This document shows positions 1 to 9,532 of a stretch of DNA of 64,000 bases, piece after piece. Below the pieces are notes generated by a model. That model was given only the letters and a program-made list of their open reading frames with translations. It had not been told where the DNA came from and did no database searches. How positions within the stretch are numbered: position 1 is the stretch's first letter; every line of letters starts with the position of its first letter. Location: contig CBDCDZ010000004.1 of assembly GCA_965215565.1 (NCBI GenBank), positions 2,912,001 to 2,976,000 on the forward strand. The letters run 5' to 3'. A program made the position numbers and the translations under genes. This DNA is from Trueperaceae bacterium (GTDB lineage: Bacteria > Deinococcota > Deinococci > Deinococcales > Trueperaceae).

Positions 1-20
1 CCGAAATGTGAGGTTCGAGG

Positions 21-716
21 CTACGCGACGTCTAAAATCAGGCGCGGCTTGAACCCCAAAGCGTCCGCTGCGACGAAGTGAACCGCAATCTCACCGAGTT
101 CTTCGATCACCCTCGTGCTCCCGTGCAGATGCCCAAAGACGAGCGCGCCCGGCGCGTAGTCCAGCAAGAGGTCGGTGAAACCGGAGGGCTCGAGCTTCAG
201 GTTCGTCGGCGGATAGTGGAGCATGACGACGGTTTTTGTACCCTCATCAGAAAGCTTCTTCGCCGCGTCTAGCGAGAGTTTCAACCTCTCCAACTCGCGC
301 TGATACACCTTCTCGTCCTGCTCACCAAAGTCCGTACTCCCAGGTGTCGTCCAGCCGCGCGTGCCCGCGACGACAACGTTTCCGAAACGCAGGGCGTCGT
401 TTTGCACCGCGTACATTCCCCCAGGCAGCGCGCGGCGCAGTTTGCTGATCGAGGGCCACCAGTAGTCGTGGTTGCCGCGCAGCAAGACCTTGTTGCCGGG
501 CAGTGCGGCGATGTCGTAGAGGTCCTCTAAAGCGCCCTCCAAGCGCATCGCCCACGAGATGTCGCCGGGGATGAGCACGAGGTCGTCCGCGCAGACGCGC
601 TCGCGCCATCCTTCGAAGAACGCTTCAGGGTGACCCACCCAGTTCTCGCCAAAAATCGTCATCGGTTTGGGCTCGGCTTTGGAGAGGTGGGGGTCGGCGA
701 TGGCGAAGACGCGCAT
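21..716 (-). CDS. Calcineurin-like metallophosphoesterase
   Basis: Motifs DPHL, GDISW, GNHD, GHLH; start moved to ATG 716, which follows a TAGACT -10 box. Confidence 0.85.
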   Translation of the reverse strand: MRVFAIADPHLSKAEPKPMTIFGENWVGHPEAFFEGWRERVCADDLVLIPGDISWAMRLEGALEDLYDIAALPGNKVLLRGNHDYWWPSISKLRRALPGGMYAVQNDALRFGNVVVAGTRGWTTPGSTDFGEQDEKVYQRELERLKLSLDAAKKLSDEGTKTVVMLHYPPTNLKLEPSGFTDLLLDYAPGALVFGHLHGSTRVIEELGEIAVHFVAADALGFKPRLILDVA

Positions 717-783
717 AAAGGAACAGTCTAACAAACGGGCTCGAGGGGGAGTATGAAGTCGTCATAAGCCGAGTGTTTTGGTC

Positions 784-1296
784 TTACTTCCAAGAAAGGT
801 CTGTTCGGAGGATGCCTTTGTCGGACAGTTGGGCCAACACGTCGCAAACGCTTTCTCCAGTAACGGGATGTCGCCACAGCAGAGCTGCGCCGCATATAAC
901 CTCACAGAGCGGCGCGAGCACAAAAGCGCGCTCCATCATGCGGGGGTGTGGGAGTATCAAATGTTCGCTTGTCCTGACCTCTCCGCCAAACGCGAGCAAG
1001 TCGAGGTCTAGGGTGCGTGCGCCCCAGCGTTCCGTGCGTTCGCGCCCCCTTTGAGTCTCGAGCCCCAAAAGCTGCTTTAGCAACGTTTCGGGTTCGGACG
1101 TTTCAGGTTCCAGGGCAACTACCGCGTTGAGGTAGTCGGGCTGACCCTCTGGACCGCCGACGGGGGTGGTGCGGTAGAGGCTCGAGCGTGCCACTACCTC
1201 TCCCAACGTTGCTAAACGCTGCCGCGCCCACCTGAGATGGTCCAAGGGCTCACCCAAGTTGCTCCCTAGAGCGACGAACGCGAGAGGTTTAGCGAT
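784..1296 (-). CDS. folK: 2-amino-4-hydroxy-6-hydroxymethyldihydropteridine diphosphokinase (HPPK)
   Basis: ALGSNLG (in frame upstream of the track start), YLNAV, RTLDLDLL, PHPRM; probable ATC start at 1296. Confidence 0.9.
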   Translation of the reverse strand: MAKPLAFVALGSNLGEPLDHLRWARQRLATLGEVVARSSLYRTTPVGGPEGQPDYLNAVVALEPETSEPETLLKQLLGLETQRGRERTERWGARTLDLDLLAFGGEVRTSEHLILPHPRMMERAFVLAPLCEVICGAALLWRHPVTGESVCDVLAQLSDKGILRTDLSWK

Positions 1297-1639
1297 GGCG
1301 CGTGACCTCGGCGTATATATCTCTCACGATGCCCGGCAGCGGCGCGTGCGGCTTATGGACGCGCACCGTCACCACGCGCACGAGCGGCTGAGCGTTGAGA
1401 ATTTGTACGGCGAGGTGATGAGCTAACGCTTCGATGAGTTTGTAGCGCTTGCCCTGCATCACGTGTTGCACGAGGTTGTAGATAGTTGCGTAGTCCACGG
1501 TTTGGCTGAGCACGTCCGCTTCGGATAAGGGAAGCAAGAGGTCGACGTCCACGGTGAAGCGTGCGCCCAGCGTTTTCTCTTCGTCAAAGACGCCGTGGTA
1601 GGCGTAGAACTCCATGCCGGAGAGGACGATTCTATCCAT
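1289..1639 (-). CDS. folB: Dihydroneopterin aldolase
   Basis: FYAYHGV..EE, VDYA, LIEALA, KPHAP; ATG overlaps the folP stop. Confidence 0.92.
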   Translation of the reverse strand: MDRIVLSGMEFYAYHGVFDEEKTLGARFTVDVDLLLPLSEADVLSQTVDYATIYNLVQHVMQGKRYKLIEALAHHLAVQILNAQPLVRVVTVRVHKPHAPLPGIVRDIYAEVTRHR

Positions 1640-2516
1640 CTTGTGCCGGGGCGTTTCGAACATCTAGGGCGTTCCAAACGCTGAGCGCCTGCGCGTGCGC
1701 CGCGACGTTGTGAACGCGCAAGAGCGCCGCGCCGCGCTCTGCCGCGAAGAGGTGGAAGGCGACGGAGCCGGGGTCGCGCTGGGCGGCGTTTTGTACACCC
1801 GTCAACTGACCGATAGACCCTTTGCGCGACGCGCCTAAAAGGACAGGGTAGGGGCGAGCGGTGAGGGTGCTGAGGTGCCGGGTCAGCTCGAGGTTGTGCG
1901 CCAGCGTCTTGCCGAAGCCGATGCCGGGGTCGAGAAGGACGCTCGGCACATCTGCGCTGAGCGCACGCTTCGCCGCCGCCATCAAGTACGTGAAGACCTC
2001 TTCGCTCACGTCGTCGTAACTTGGGTCGCGCTGCATCGTCTGCGGGTTGCCCTGCATGTGCATGACGACGGCGGGCACGCCCTCTTGAGCGCAGACCTCC
2101 ACCATCGCCGCGTCGCGCAGTCCGCTCACGTCGTTGACGAGGTTTGCGCCCGCGCGAATCGCTTTTAGCGCCACCTCCGGCTTGTACGTGTCCACGCTGA
2201 TGAGCGCGTCCGTCTCCTCACGAATCGCCCTGATGACGGGGAGCACGCGGTCTAATTCATCTTCTGCGCTAAGGGGCTCAGCGCCGGGGCGCGTGGACTC
2301 GCCGCCGATGTCGATGATGAACGCCCCCTCTTCCAACATCCCTTTCGCCTGCGAGAGCGCCGCCTCTACTCGTACGAACTTGCCGCCGTCGCTGAAGCTG
2401 TCCGGCGTCACGTTCAAAATGCCCATGAGCGCCGCGCCGCGCCAACGGAGCACGTAGCCCTGCGCGTCTTTTTCGGTGTGAGGCGTCGGGCGGGTAAATC
2501 TAAGTTCATGCGTCAC
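1632..2516 (-). CDS. folP: Dihydropteroate synthase
   Basis: GILNVTPDSFSDGG, GGESTRPG, DPGIGFGK, SRK, RVHNV; start 2516 (GTG) or 2525. Confidence 0.95.
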   Translation of the reverse strand: MTHELRFTRPTPHTEKDAQGYVLRWRGAALMGILNVTPDSFSDGGKFVRVEAALSQAKGMLEEGAFIIDIGGESTRPGAEPLSAEDELDRVLPVIRAIREETDALISVDTYKPEVALKAIRAGANLVNDVSGLRDAAMVEVCAQEGVPAVVMHMQGNPQTMQRDPSYDDVSEEVFTYLMAAAKRALSADVPSVLLDPGIGFGKTLAHNLELTRHLSTLTARPYPVLLGASRKGSIGQLTGVQNAAQRDPGSVAFHLFAAERGAALLRVHNVAAHAQALSVWNALDVRNAPAQDG

Positions 2517-2573
2517 GCGGCCCATCGTAGCATCCCGCCTCCTACGCTGAGCGGCGGTGCGCTATAAAGAGGT

Positions 2574-2921
2574 GTGTTCGGTTTTCTCGTTTCAGGACTT
2601 TTTTTGCTCTCGCTCGCGCTGGCTAGCTGGAAGCTCCTCCATCTCTATCAAACCCACACTGAGGTAGGCTCGAGCCCCTGGAACGCCTATCAGATCGCCC
2701 TGCGAGAAGACCTCGCCCGCTTCTCTTCACGCAGCGCGTCAGCGGAAGAGGTACGCGAATTCGAGGTAAAAGAGCAGCGTTATACCCGCCGCCTCGAGTT
2801 GCAACTCGAACACAACGCCTTCGCAGATGAGATAGAGCGGCTAAGGGCGAAGCGACTGGAGCAGCAGCGCAGGCTCGAGACCGCTCAAGTTTACGAAGCG
2901 CTGAGGCGAAATCCTCACTGA
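2574..2921 (+). CDS. Hypothetical protein, N-terminal membrane anchor and coiled coil
   Basis: 115 aa ORF filling the gap; hydrophobic N-terminus. Confidence 0.6.
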   Translation: MFGFLVSGLFLLSLALASWKLLHLYQTHTEVGSSPWNAYQIALREDLARFSSRSASAEEVREFEVKEQRYTRRLELQLEHNAFADEIERLRAKRLEQQRRLETAQVYEALRRNPH

Positions 2922-4210
2922 GCGCGTTCCCAGGGTTCGGCGCTTTCTCCTACCAAAAGAGGTCTCACCTCACCGATGAGGTAGAGGCTCCCTGCTACGA
3001 CGACGACCTCTCCCGGTTGACTCTTCGCGAGGGCCAAATCAAGTGCGTCCGAGGGCGTTTCGCTGACTACCGACGCGCGCCACAAGGAGACCAAGTCGCT
3101 AGGCTCCGTTCCTCTCGGGCTCAAGCGCGCTTTGGTCAAGATGACCTCTCTAAAGGACCCCGACAGCGCCGCGCTCATCTTCAAGACCTCTTTACCCACC
3201 GCCACGCCGAAGACTAAAAGCGCATCCCGAACGCCCAAAGCGTGGAGGGTTTCGGCGAGGGCGAGCGCCGCCTCCTCGTTATGAGCGCCGTCGAGTAAAA
3301 AGGTGCGGCTCTGGAAGGGGAGAGGCTCGAGCCGCCCCGCCCAGGTGGTCTGCGCTGCACCGCGTCGGATGAACGCTCGAGGAACGCCCAAAGACTGCGC
3401 CGCCGCCGCTGCCAACGCGACATTTCTCGCCTGATGGACGCCCAGAAGAGGTGTGCGGAGGTCGAGGGTGCCGTGGGGACTCGAGAGGGTGACCTCTAAG
3501 CCCTGCCAGCCCAAGTCTCGGTGTCCCAAACCCAATTCATCCTCAAAAGACCAGAGCGTCGCGCCCTTCCTCTGCGCTTCGCCCTGCAAGGTCTCGAGCG
3601 CTTCACCACGCGCGCCCGTCAAACAGAGTTTTTCAGGGCGCATGATGCCCGCTTTCTCTACCGCAATGTCCTGCACGCGCTCGCCTAAGATATGCGTGTG
3701 GTCGAGCGAAATCCCTGTAATCACGCTGAGCGAAGGCTCCAGCACGTTCGTCGCGTCGAAGCGTCCGCCTAGCCCGACTTCCATTACAGCGAGGTCAACA
3801 TTCACTTTTGCGAAGAGCAAACAAGCGAGCGCTAAAACCGTCTCGAAGAAAGTCGCGCCGGTCTCTTCTACGGCGGGCTTCATCTCTTCTAGCGTGTTGA
3901 GCACATCCGCCATAGTCGGCTGCTCGCCGTCCACCACGAACCGCTCGGTAAAGACGCTGAGGTGCGGGCTAGTGAAGAGCGCGGTGCGTTTTCCCGACGC
4001 GCTCAGCATGCTCGCTAGGGTGCTCGCGGTGCTCCCTTTGCCGTTCGTGCCGCCTATGAGCACGCTCTCGAAATGGCGCTGGGGTTCGCCGAGGGCGCTC
4101 AATAAAGCTTTAGGACGCTCTAACCCTGGCTTGATACCGAAACGCTGCCGCGCGAAGAGCCACGCTAAGAGATAGTTCTCTCGTTGTGGTGAAGGACTAA
4201 AAGCGCTCAT
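2915..4210 (-). CDS. folC: Folylpolyglutamate synthase / dihydrofolate synthase
   Basis: GTNGKGS, TSPHL, EVGLGGRFDATN, DGAHN, GSLYL; start overlaps the HD gene end. Confidence 0.93.
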   Translation of the reverse strand: MSAFSPSPQRENYLLAWLFARQRFGIKPGLERPKALLSALGEPQRHFESVLIGGTNGKGSTASTLASMLSASGKRTALFTSPHLSVFTERFVVDGEQPTMADVLNTLEEMKPAVEETGATFFETVLALACLLFAKVNVDLAVMEVGLGGRFDATNVLEPSLSVITGISLDHTHILGERVQDIAVEKAGIMRPEKLCLTGARGEALETLQGEAQRKGATLWSFEDELGLGHRDLGWQGLEVTLSSPHGTLDLRTPLLGVHQARNVALAAAAAQSLGVPRAFIRRGAAQTTWAGRLEPLPFQSRTFLLDGAHNEEAALALAETLHALGVRDALLVFGVAVGKEVLKMSAALSGSFREVILTKARLSPRGTEPSDLVSLWRASVVSETPSDALDLALAKSQPGEVVVVAGSLYLIGEVRPLLVGESAEPWERAQ

Positions 4211-4694
4211 CGACCTCTTTAAGCCGCAACGCCTCCGCGTCACTAGCGGGTACGTGGTGCTTCGCCACAAGGTCCGCCACGCGCGCGTCGCCGCCCGCCG
4301 CCCGTATCATCTGTGCGCCGTAGCGGCCGTGATGCCGCTTCATCTGCCAGAGCCCGCGCACGCCCGAAAAGCGCGGTCTCGCAGGGATGCTAGGGGGCGT
4401 GTAGAGCGCCGCTAGAATGCGGCTCAGCGGGTTGTAAGAGGCTTGCGTCTTGCCGACGTCATGAAGAAGCGCCGCCCGCAAAAGTTCGGGGGAGGCGTCA
4501 GGATACGCGGCTAACAGGGTCTTCGTAACGGTGCAAGCGTGGTCACGGTCGCGCACGTCCATCGCTAGGTACAAATGAAACTCCCCGGCTGAAAGGTGAC
4601 GCTTCGCGAAGCGGTCGTCCGCATGAGCGAGCTTGGGAATGAGGGCGACGGTGGTGCGCCAGAAGGTGTTTTTAAGCCAGGTTGCGCGCTGCAC
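4197..4694 (-). CDS. HD-domain protein
   Basis: DRDH...ALLHDVGK...HH...D; GTG 4694 preceded by TATAGT. Confidence 0.8.
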   Translation of the reverse strand: MQRATWLKNTFWRTTVALIPKLAHADDRFAKRHLSAGEFHLYLAMDVRDRDHACTVTKTLLAAYPDASPELLRAALLHDVGKTQASYNPLSRILAALYTPPSIPARPRFSGVRGLWQMKRHHGRYGAQMIRAAGGDARVADLVAKHHVPASDAEALRLKEVDERF

Positions 4695-4750
4695 GGAAGT
4701 CACTATAACGCACCGCGAAGACGGCGGCTGTGCTTGATGAGCGAAATAGA

Positions 4751-4821
4751 AGCAATGAGCAGAGAAGAAGCAATGAGTTAAAAGCAATGAGTCTAAAACC
4801 TTTTACTCATTGCTCGTTGCT
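4751..4821. repeat. Family B heptamer-based palindromic (REP-like) repeat, copy 1
   Basis: AGCAATGAG units with an inverted CTCATTGCT arm; same core at 22560, 27836, 51813, 52863. Confidence 0.85.
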
Positions 4822-4822
4822 T

Positions 4823-5010
4823 TAGCAGGTATCATCTGGTCAGCGACACTCTCACTATGCGAGTTGCTGTTGCTAGGCAGCAAACTTGCGTCTGCTCGCT
4901 TCCGCGGAGCAGCTTTCAGAAACGTAGCACGCACATTATAAGATGAAATCCCGCTAGTCCTACGGACAGAGACCTGCAGCCATCTGTCTCAGTATGTTTT
5001 GGAACTGCTA
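4823..5010 (+). mobile_element. Family A dispersed structured element (MITE-like or ncRNA), copy 1
   Basis: TAGCAGGTATCATCTGGT...GCACGCACATT...CTGTCTCAGTATGTTTTGGAACTGCTA. Confidence 0.8.
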
Positions 5011-5088
5011 CTTTTAACCCGTTGCTTCTAACTCGTTACTTTCTTCACCTCCCACACCGACTTGCGCCTCCCTGCTGTATGCTGATTC

Positions 5089-5646
5089 GTGATGGAGGGG
5101 GACGTTCTCAACCTTTATAAAAAGACGGGCGCGTACCTAGAGGGACACTTTCTACTCGCCTCGGGGCGTCACTCGCCTAAGTTTTTGCAGTCCACGACGG
5201 TGTTGCAGTATCCGCAGCACGCCGAAACTATCGGCAGCGCTTTGGCTCAGAAGTTGAACGAAACTTTAAATGGCGCACCCTCTTTCGTTCTCGGTCCAGC
5301 GATGGGTGGCGTCGTACTCGCGCATACGGTGGCTAGAGCGCTCGGCTGCCGCGCGTTCTTTGCTGAAAAGGACGGGGCGGGCGGCATGAAGATTCGTGAG
5401 GCGTTCAAGATAAAGGGGGGTGAAACCTTCGTCGCAGTCGAAGACGTAGTGACGACGGGCGGTAGTTTGCAAAAGTCCATCGCCGCTGCCGAAGCCGAAG
5501 GCGGCACCTGTGTAGGCGTCGGGTGCATCATCGACAGAGGTACGTCCGAGATGAACCTTACCGCACTCCAAACGCTCTCTTTCCCTACCTATCCCGCTGA
5601 CGACTGCCCCTTGTGCGCTCAGAGCGTACCCCTCGAGGACATCTAA
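5089..5646 (+). CDS. pyrE: Orotate phosphoribosyltransferase
   Basis: GHFLLASGRHS, VEDVVTTGGS. Confidence 0.93.
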   Translation: MMEGDVLNLYKKTGAYLEGHFLLASGRHSPKFLQSTTVLQYPQHAETIGSALAQKLNETLNGAPSFVLGPAMGGVVLAHTVARALGCRAFFAEKDGAGGMKIREAFKIKGGETFVAVEDVVTTGGSLQKSIAAAEAEGGTCVGVGCIIDRGTSEMNLTALQTLSFPTYPADDCPLCAQSVPLEDI

Positions 5647-5651
5647 CCCCT

Positions 5652-6740
5652 ATGACTAAACCTATCCACTACCTCTTTATTTTTCTACTCGCCCTCTCAA
5701 CCTCCGCCTTCGCACAATCCCCCGAAGCGGCGGCGGATAACGCGGTGCGCGAGTGGCTGGAGCGACCCCCCGCGAACGTCGGTGCACTCGCAGGGCTCCC
5801 ACCCGAGGAGCTGTGTCAGCAGTTGCCTTCACTCTTGGGTAGCCCGCCTCCGCCTGAGGGCACGCGGGTCAATTTCGGTGACCGGGTTGAACGCGAGACG
5901 GAGGCGGACGGTACGCGCCGCTACACCTATCCCGTCGCGTTTCCGAGCGAGCGCTTGGAGGTGCTCGAGGTCACGCTAGAGCAGCAAGAGGGCGCGTGGG
6001 TCACGCGAGACGTCGGCGTACAAACCACCGGCGGCGGCACCATCCCGCGCGTCTTTCAGCAACCCTTGACGGCGTGGGTTTTCATCTTTTTCAGCCTCTA
6101 CTTCGTCTATCTGCTCGTGCGCCCGTCGTTTTTTCGGCGTTGGCTGGCAGACGGGTGGGCGCTGCTCAGGGGCTACCGCGCGCTGGTCATCGGCACCTTT
6201 ATCGCCCTCTACGGGCTTTTTGCCGTCGGGCTCGGCGTCGGCGCGAACTTGCCGCCGGTCTGTCAGAGCGCAATCTCGAGCTTCGTGCAAACCACCGTCG
6301 AAGAACTCGGCGCAGCCGAGGCGTACGGCAGCGGCAACGTCGGCAGAGCCGCCGTGGTGACGCTCTACCAAAACTTTGTGATGGGCACGCTCGTTACCAC
6401 CTTTTCCGTCACCTTTATTACGCTAGGCATCGGCGCGTACCTCTTTAACGGCTTGCGCTTTTTGGCGCTCGGCATCCCCTTCGGCTTTCTGGTGGACGCG
6501 GGGCCGCTCAACCTCCTGTTCGTGCTCATCCTCATCGTGGTGGAGCTTTCAGCCTACGTTGTGGTCACAGCGGGCGGCGGCATCTTCCTCATGACGGTCA
6601 TTCGCGAAGGGTTTAAGGGGTTTAGGGACGGCGCGAGAAAGCTCATCCTGATGTTACCTATTGCCTTTTTGCTGCTGATGCTGGGCGCGTGGTACGAGGC
6701 GGCAGTTATCATCTTGCCGACGCTGCTGGCAGGGGCGTAA
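5652..6740 (+). CDS. SpoIIM/DUF95-like membrane protein with N-terminal extracytoplasmic domain
   Basis: Signal peptide plus multi-TM C-terminus (QN, NG, EL motifs). Confidence 0.65.
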   Translation: MTKPIHYLFIFLLALSTSAFAQSPEAAADNAVREWLERPPANVGALAGLPPEELCQQLPSLLGSPPPPEGTRVNFGDRVERETEADGTRRYTYPVAFPSERLEVLEVTLEQQEGAWVTRDVGVQTTGGGTIPRVFQQPLTAWVFIFFSLYFVYLLVRPSFFRRWLADGWALLRGYRALVIGTFIALYGLFAVGLGVGANLPPVCQSAISSFVQTTVEELGAAEAYGSGNVGRAAVVTLYQNFVMGTLVTTFSVTFITLGIGAYLFNGLRFLALGIPFGFLVDAGPLNLLFVLILIVVELSAYVVVTAGGGIFLMTVIREGFKGFRDGARKLILMLPIAFLLLMLGAWYEAAVIILPTLLAGA

Positions 6741-7635
6741 GCAGGGGCGTGCGCCGCACCGCTGGCGCAACGTCTAAGAGGCTCACCGCGTTTTGGAAGT
6801 GGTGGGCGGCGGGTCCGAAGGCGATGAGCGGCACCGGATTGATGGTGTGAGACTTCGTAGTTTTATCCTCTAGGTTGCCGTGGTCGGAGGTGACGAGCAG
6901 CGTCACCTCTTCTTTAGCCTTTAATGCAGAAACCAGCCCGCTGAAAAAAGCGTCCAACTGCTCCACCAACTTGACCGACTCCGCGAAAGACCAGCGGTGC
7001 CCGGCGCGGTCGGTGGCCCAGAAGTCCAAAAAGGTGAAGTCATGTTCAGAGGCTAGCGCGGCGAGGTTCGCCCCCGCCTCTTCGGGCGTGCGCAGCGGTG
7101 AGCCGTTTTGCGCGTGCAAGTACGCCCCTGTGAGGTCGGCGCTGATGGCCCTAGCGTTTATATAATCCGCTTCGGTGCGAAGCTGAACCCCAGCCGTCCG
7201 CGCCGCGTAGACCGGCACGTTGAGCTTCTGCTTGCCGTGCTCGAGTGCCCAGAAATAGCCTCTCGGATAGACGTTAGCGAGCGCGGCGTGTTTGCCCACG
7301 TCCATAACCTCAGAGAAGAGCGTGCCTTCGTCTAAGACTTTTCTCAAAGTCGGTCCGGGCCAGGGTCCGTAGTGGCGGTTCATGATGGCTGCGCCGTTCT
7401 TACCCGTCAGGAGCGCCGTTTGTCCGGTGGCGGATTGCGGGAGACCCTCGACGCCGAGCGTAGCGTCTACCTTTGTGACGACGAACTCTTCTTCGCGGAT
7501 TTCTTTTAAGTCTCGAGTGACTTTCCCGCCCAACCACGCGGAGAGAAAAGGCGCGTGCGCCGCCGCAAACGGGTTGACCTCTTTATTTGTCTCACCGAGC
7601 CCGACGCCGTCTAAAAAGACGAAGAGGAAGCTCAC
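6709..7635 (-). CDS. Alkaline phosphatase superfamily metalloenzyme (phosphoglycerate mutase/phosphopentomutase-like)
   Basis: FLDGVG, PQSATGQT, DRAGH, SDHGN, SHT. Confidence 0.8.
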   Translation of the reverse strand: MSFLFVFLDGVGLGETNKEVNPFAAAHAPFLSAWLGGKVTRDLKEIREEEFVVTKVDATLGVEGLPQSATGQTALLTGKNGAAIMNRHYGPWPGPTLRKVLDEGTLFSEVMDVGKHAALANVYPRGYFWALEHGKQKLNVPVYAARTAGVQLRTEADYINARAISADLTGAYLHAQNGSPLRTPEEAGANLAALASEHDFTFLDFWATDRAGHRWSFAESVKLVEQLDAFFSGLVSALKAKEEVTLLVTSDHGNLEDKTTKSHTINPVPLIAFGPAAHHFQNAVSLLDVAPAVRRTPLLTPLPAASAR

Positions 7636-7654
7636 GAATTCGTCCGTTTAGACC

Positions 7655-8692
7655 TCATCCTATGCCCGTCGCGTCCTTGACCCGCACCATCGTCTTCGCC
7701 GCGATCTCTTGGGCCTCTGCCGCACCTTTTGCGAGGAGGGACTCGAGCCCCTCCGGGTCCGCCATGATGTCGTGATAGCGAGTTTGAATCGGCTCCAAGG
7801 TCTCCATCACGGCTTCTAATACCGCTTTCTTGAGCGTTCCATACCCCTGTCCCTCGAATTTCGCCTCGATGACCTCTTGTGGCTCTTCGGTCAATACCTG
7901 ATAGAGCGAGAGCAGGTTTTTGACCCCCGGCGAAGCGTGCTCAAAGCGCGTCTCCCGCTCCGAGTCGGTCACGGCGGACATGATGGTCTTTTTAACCGTC
8001 TTCGCGTCGTCCAAGAGGTTGACGGCGTGCCCGCTCCGCTCGCGGGCGATGCTCTTGCTCATCTTCGCCTCGGGCTCGTCGAAGCCCATGATCTTCGCGC
8101 CCTCTTTTGGAATCGTCGCGTTGGGCAGCGCGAACACGTCGCCGAAGAGGTTGTTGAAGCGAATCGCGATGTCGCGGGTCAATTCGATATGTTGGCGCTG
8201 GTCTTCGCCCACCGGGACAGATTGCGTGTCGTAGAGCAGAATGTCCGCCGCTTGCAATACGGGATAGTCCAAAAGCCCCGTCCCGACGCTCTCCTTTTGG
8301 TCGGACTTTGCTTTGAACTGCGTCATCCGGTAGAGCCAACCCAGCGGCGTGGTGCAGTTTAGGACCCAAGCGAGTTCGGCGTGTTCGTGGACGTGCGACT
8401 GGATGAAGACGAGGTTGCTCTCCGGGTCGATGCCGCACGCGAGGTAGAGCGCGGCAACCTCTCTGGACTGTCTGTGCAAGACTTTCGGGTCGATCTCTTC
8501 GGGGATGGTCAGCGCGTGTAAATCGACGATGCAGAAGATGTTGTCGTTCTCGTGTTGGTGCGCCACCCACTGCTTGAGTGCGCCCAAGTAGTTGCCCAAG
8601 TGCAGCGCGTTCGAGGGTTGCATCCCTGAAAAAACGCGCTTTTTCTTCTCTGTGGCGGTGGTTCGTTCTGAGTTAAGGGTTGCTTCCGTCAT
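7655..8692 (-). CDS. trpS: Tryptophanyl-tRNA synthetase
   Basis: SGMQPS, HLGNYLGA, PVGEDQRQH, KMSKS; ATG 8692 after TATACT. Confidence 0.96.
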   Translation of the reverse strand: MTEATLNSERTTATEKKKRVFSGMQPSNALHLGNYLGALKQWVAHQHENDNIFCIVDLHALTIPEEIDPKVLHRQSREVAALYLACGIDPESNLVFIQSHVHEHAELAWVLNCTTPLGWLYRMTQFKAKSDQKESVGTGLLDYPVLQAADILLYDTQSVPVGEDQRQHIELTRDIAIRFNNLFGDVFALPNATIPKEGAKIMGFDEPEAKMSKSIARERSGHAVNLLDDAKTVKKTIMSAVTDSERETRFEHASPGVKNLLSLYQVLTEEPQEVIEAKFEGQGYGTLKKAVLEAVMETLEPIQTRYHDIMADPEGLESLLAKGAAEAQEIAAKTMVRVKDATGIG

Positions 8693-8817
8693 CCCTAGAG
8701 TATAAAGGACGTGATGTGTAGGAGAGATAGATTTGCGAACGCTCGAGGTAATAGCCAAGAAGACGTGGACAGGCTCGAGCTAACGTCAAGATTGTGTTGT
8801 TATGTTATTATTCAGTT

Positions 8818-9081
8818 ATGACTAAAACAGCAGAGAAGCAGCGCACGACGGTCTATATCGCCTCTGACGTGCTCGAGTTTCTCAAACTCCGCAGTGTCAA
8901 GGGAAATGGCAGCGTCTCGCAGCAACTCGAGACCTTGGCAAGAACTCTCATGCCAAAAGATTACACCCAAGAGGATGTAAGGAGGCTCGAGGAGAGGCAC
9001 GCTAAAGGTTACAAACGGCAGCCCGTAACCGAGGGGGAGTTTTCAGACTTCTACGCTGAACAGGATTTGGGCGATTTGTGA
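8818..9081 (+). CDS. Putative antitoxin (ribbon-helix-helix-like N-terminus)
   Basis: RTTVYI strand-helix pattern; GTGA overlap with the downstream PemK/MazF toxin. Confidence 0.7.
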   Translation: MTKTAEKQRTTVYIASDVLEFLKLRSVKGNGSVSQQLETLARTLMPKDYTQEDVRRLEERHAKGYKRQPVTEGEFSDFYAEQDLGDL

Positions 9082-9395
9082 AGCGCGGTGAGGTGTACTG
9101 GTATACCTTTAGAGCACCGAACAAAAGAAGACCTGTGCTCATCCTCACAAGAGACACTGCAGTTTCGTTTCTCAGCGCGGTAACCGTCGCTCCTATCACC
9201 TCGACCATTCGTGACATTCCTTCAGAAGTTTATTTGGACGAGGAAGATGGCTTACTTGGCCCTTGCGCCGCTAACTTCGACAACCTCGTCACGCTCCCTA
9301 AAGACAAGTTGAAGGGGCGGCTGACGTCGCTCAGCTTAGACAAAATGCTGGACGCGGAAGAAGCGCTCAAATTCGCGTTGGGTTTCATACGGTGA
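9078..9395 (+). CDS. mazF: PemK/MazF family toxin (mRNA interferase)
   Basis: RGEVYW, KRRPVLIL, VAPITS. Confidence 0.85.
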   Translation: MKRGEVYWYTFRAPNKRRPVLILTRDTAVSFLSAVTVAPITSTIRDIPSEVYLDEEDGLLGPCAANFDNLVTLPKDKLKGRLTSLSLDKMLDAEEALKFALGFIR

Positions 9396-9532
9396 TTTGT
9401 ACGGTGAGATACGCCTTTGCGCCCTACGAAGGTTCATTGAGACTCGAGCCTCACGCTTTTTTCACATTTCATCCCCTCGGTCTTTCACCTTGTAAACTAT
9501 AACGTGAAGAGATTTTTGCAAAGAGGTGAGAG

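Noticed and set aside
3453..4175. Long antisense ORFs (also 35704-36336, 48469-49281, 54264-54941, 59367-59984)
   Set aside because: Shadow frames of real high-GC genes on the opposite strand.
4751..4821. AGCAATGAG repeats as a CRISPR array
   Set aside because: Units are 7-9 nt and inverted, with no unique spacers of constant length and no cas genes.
4823..5010. Family A as a hammerhead ribozyme or known riboswitch
   Set aside because: No CUGANGA/GAAA core in the right arrangement; copies lie in varied orientation next to unrelated genes.
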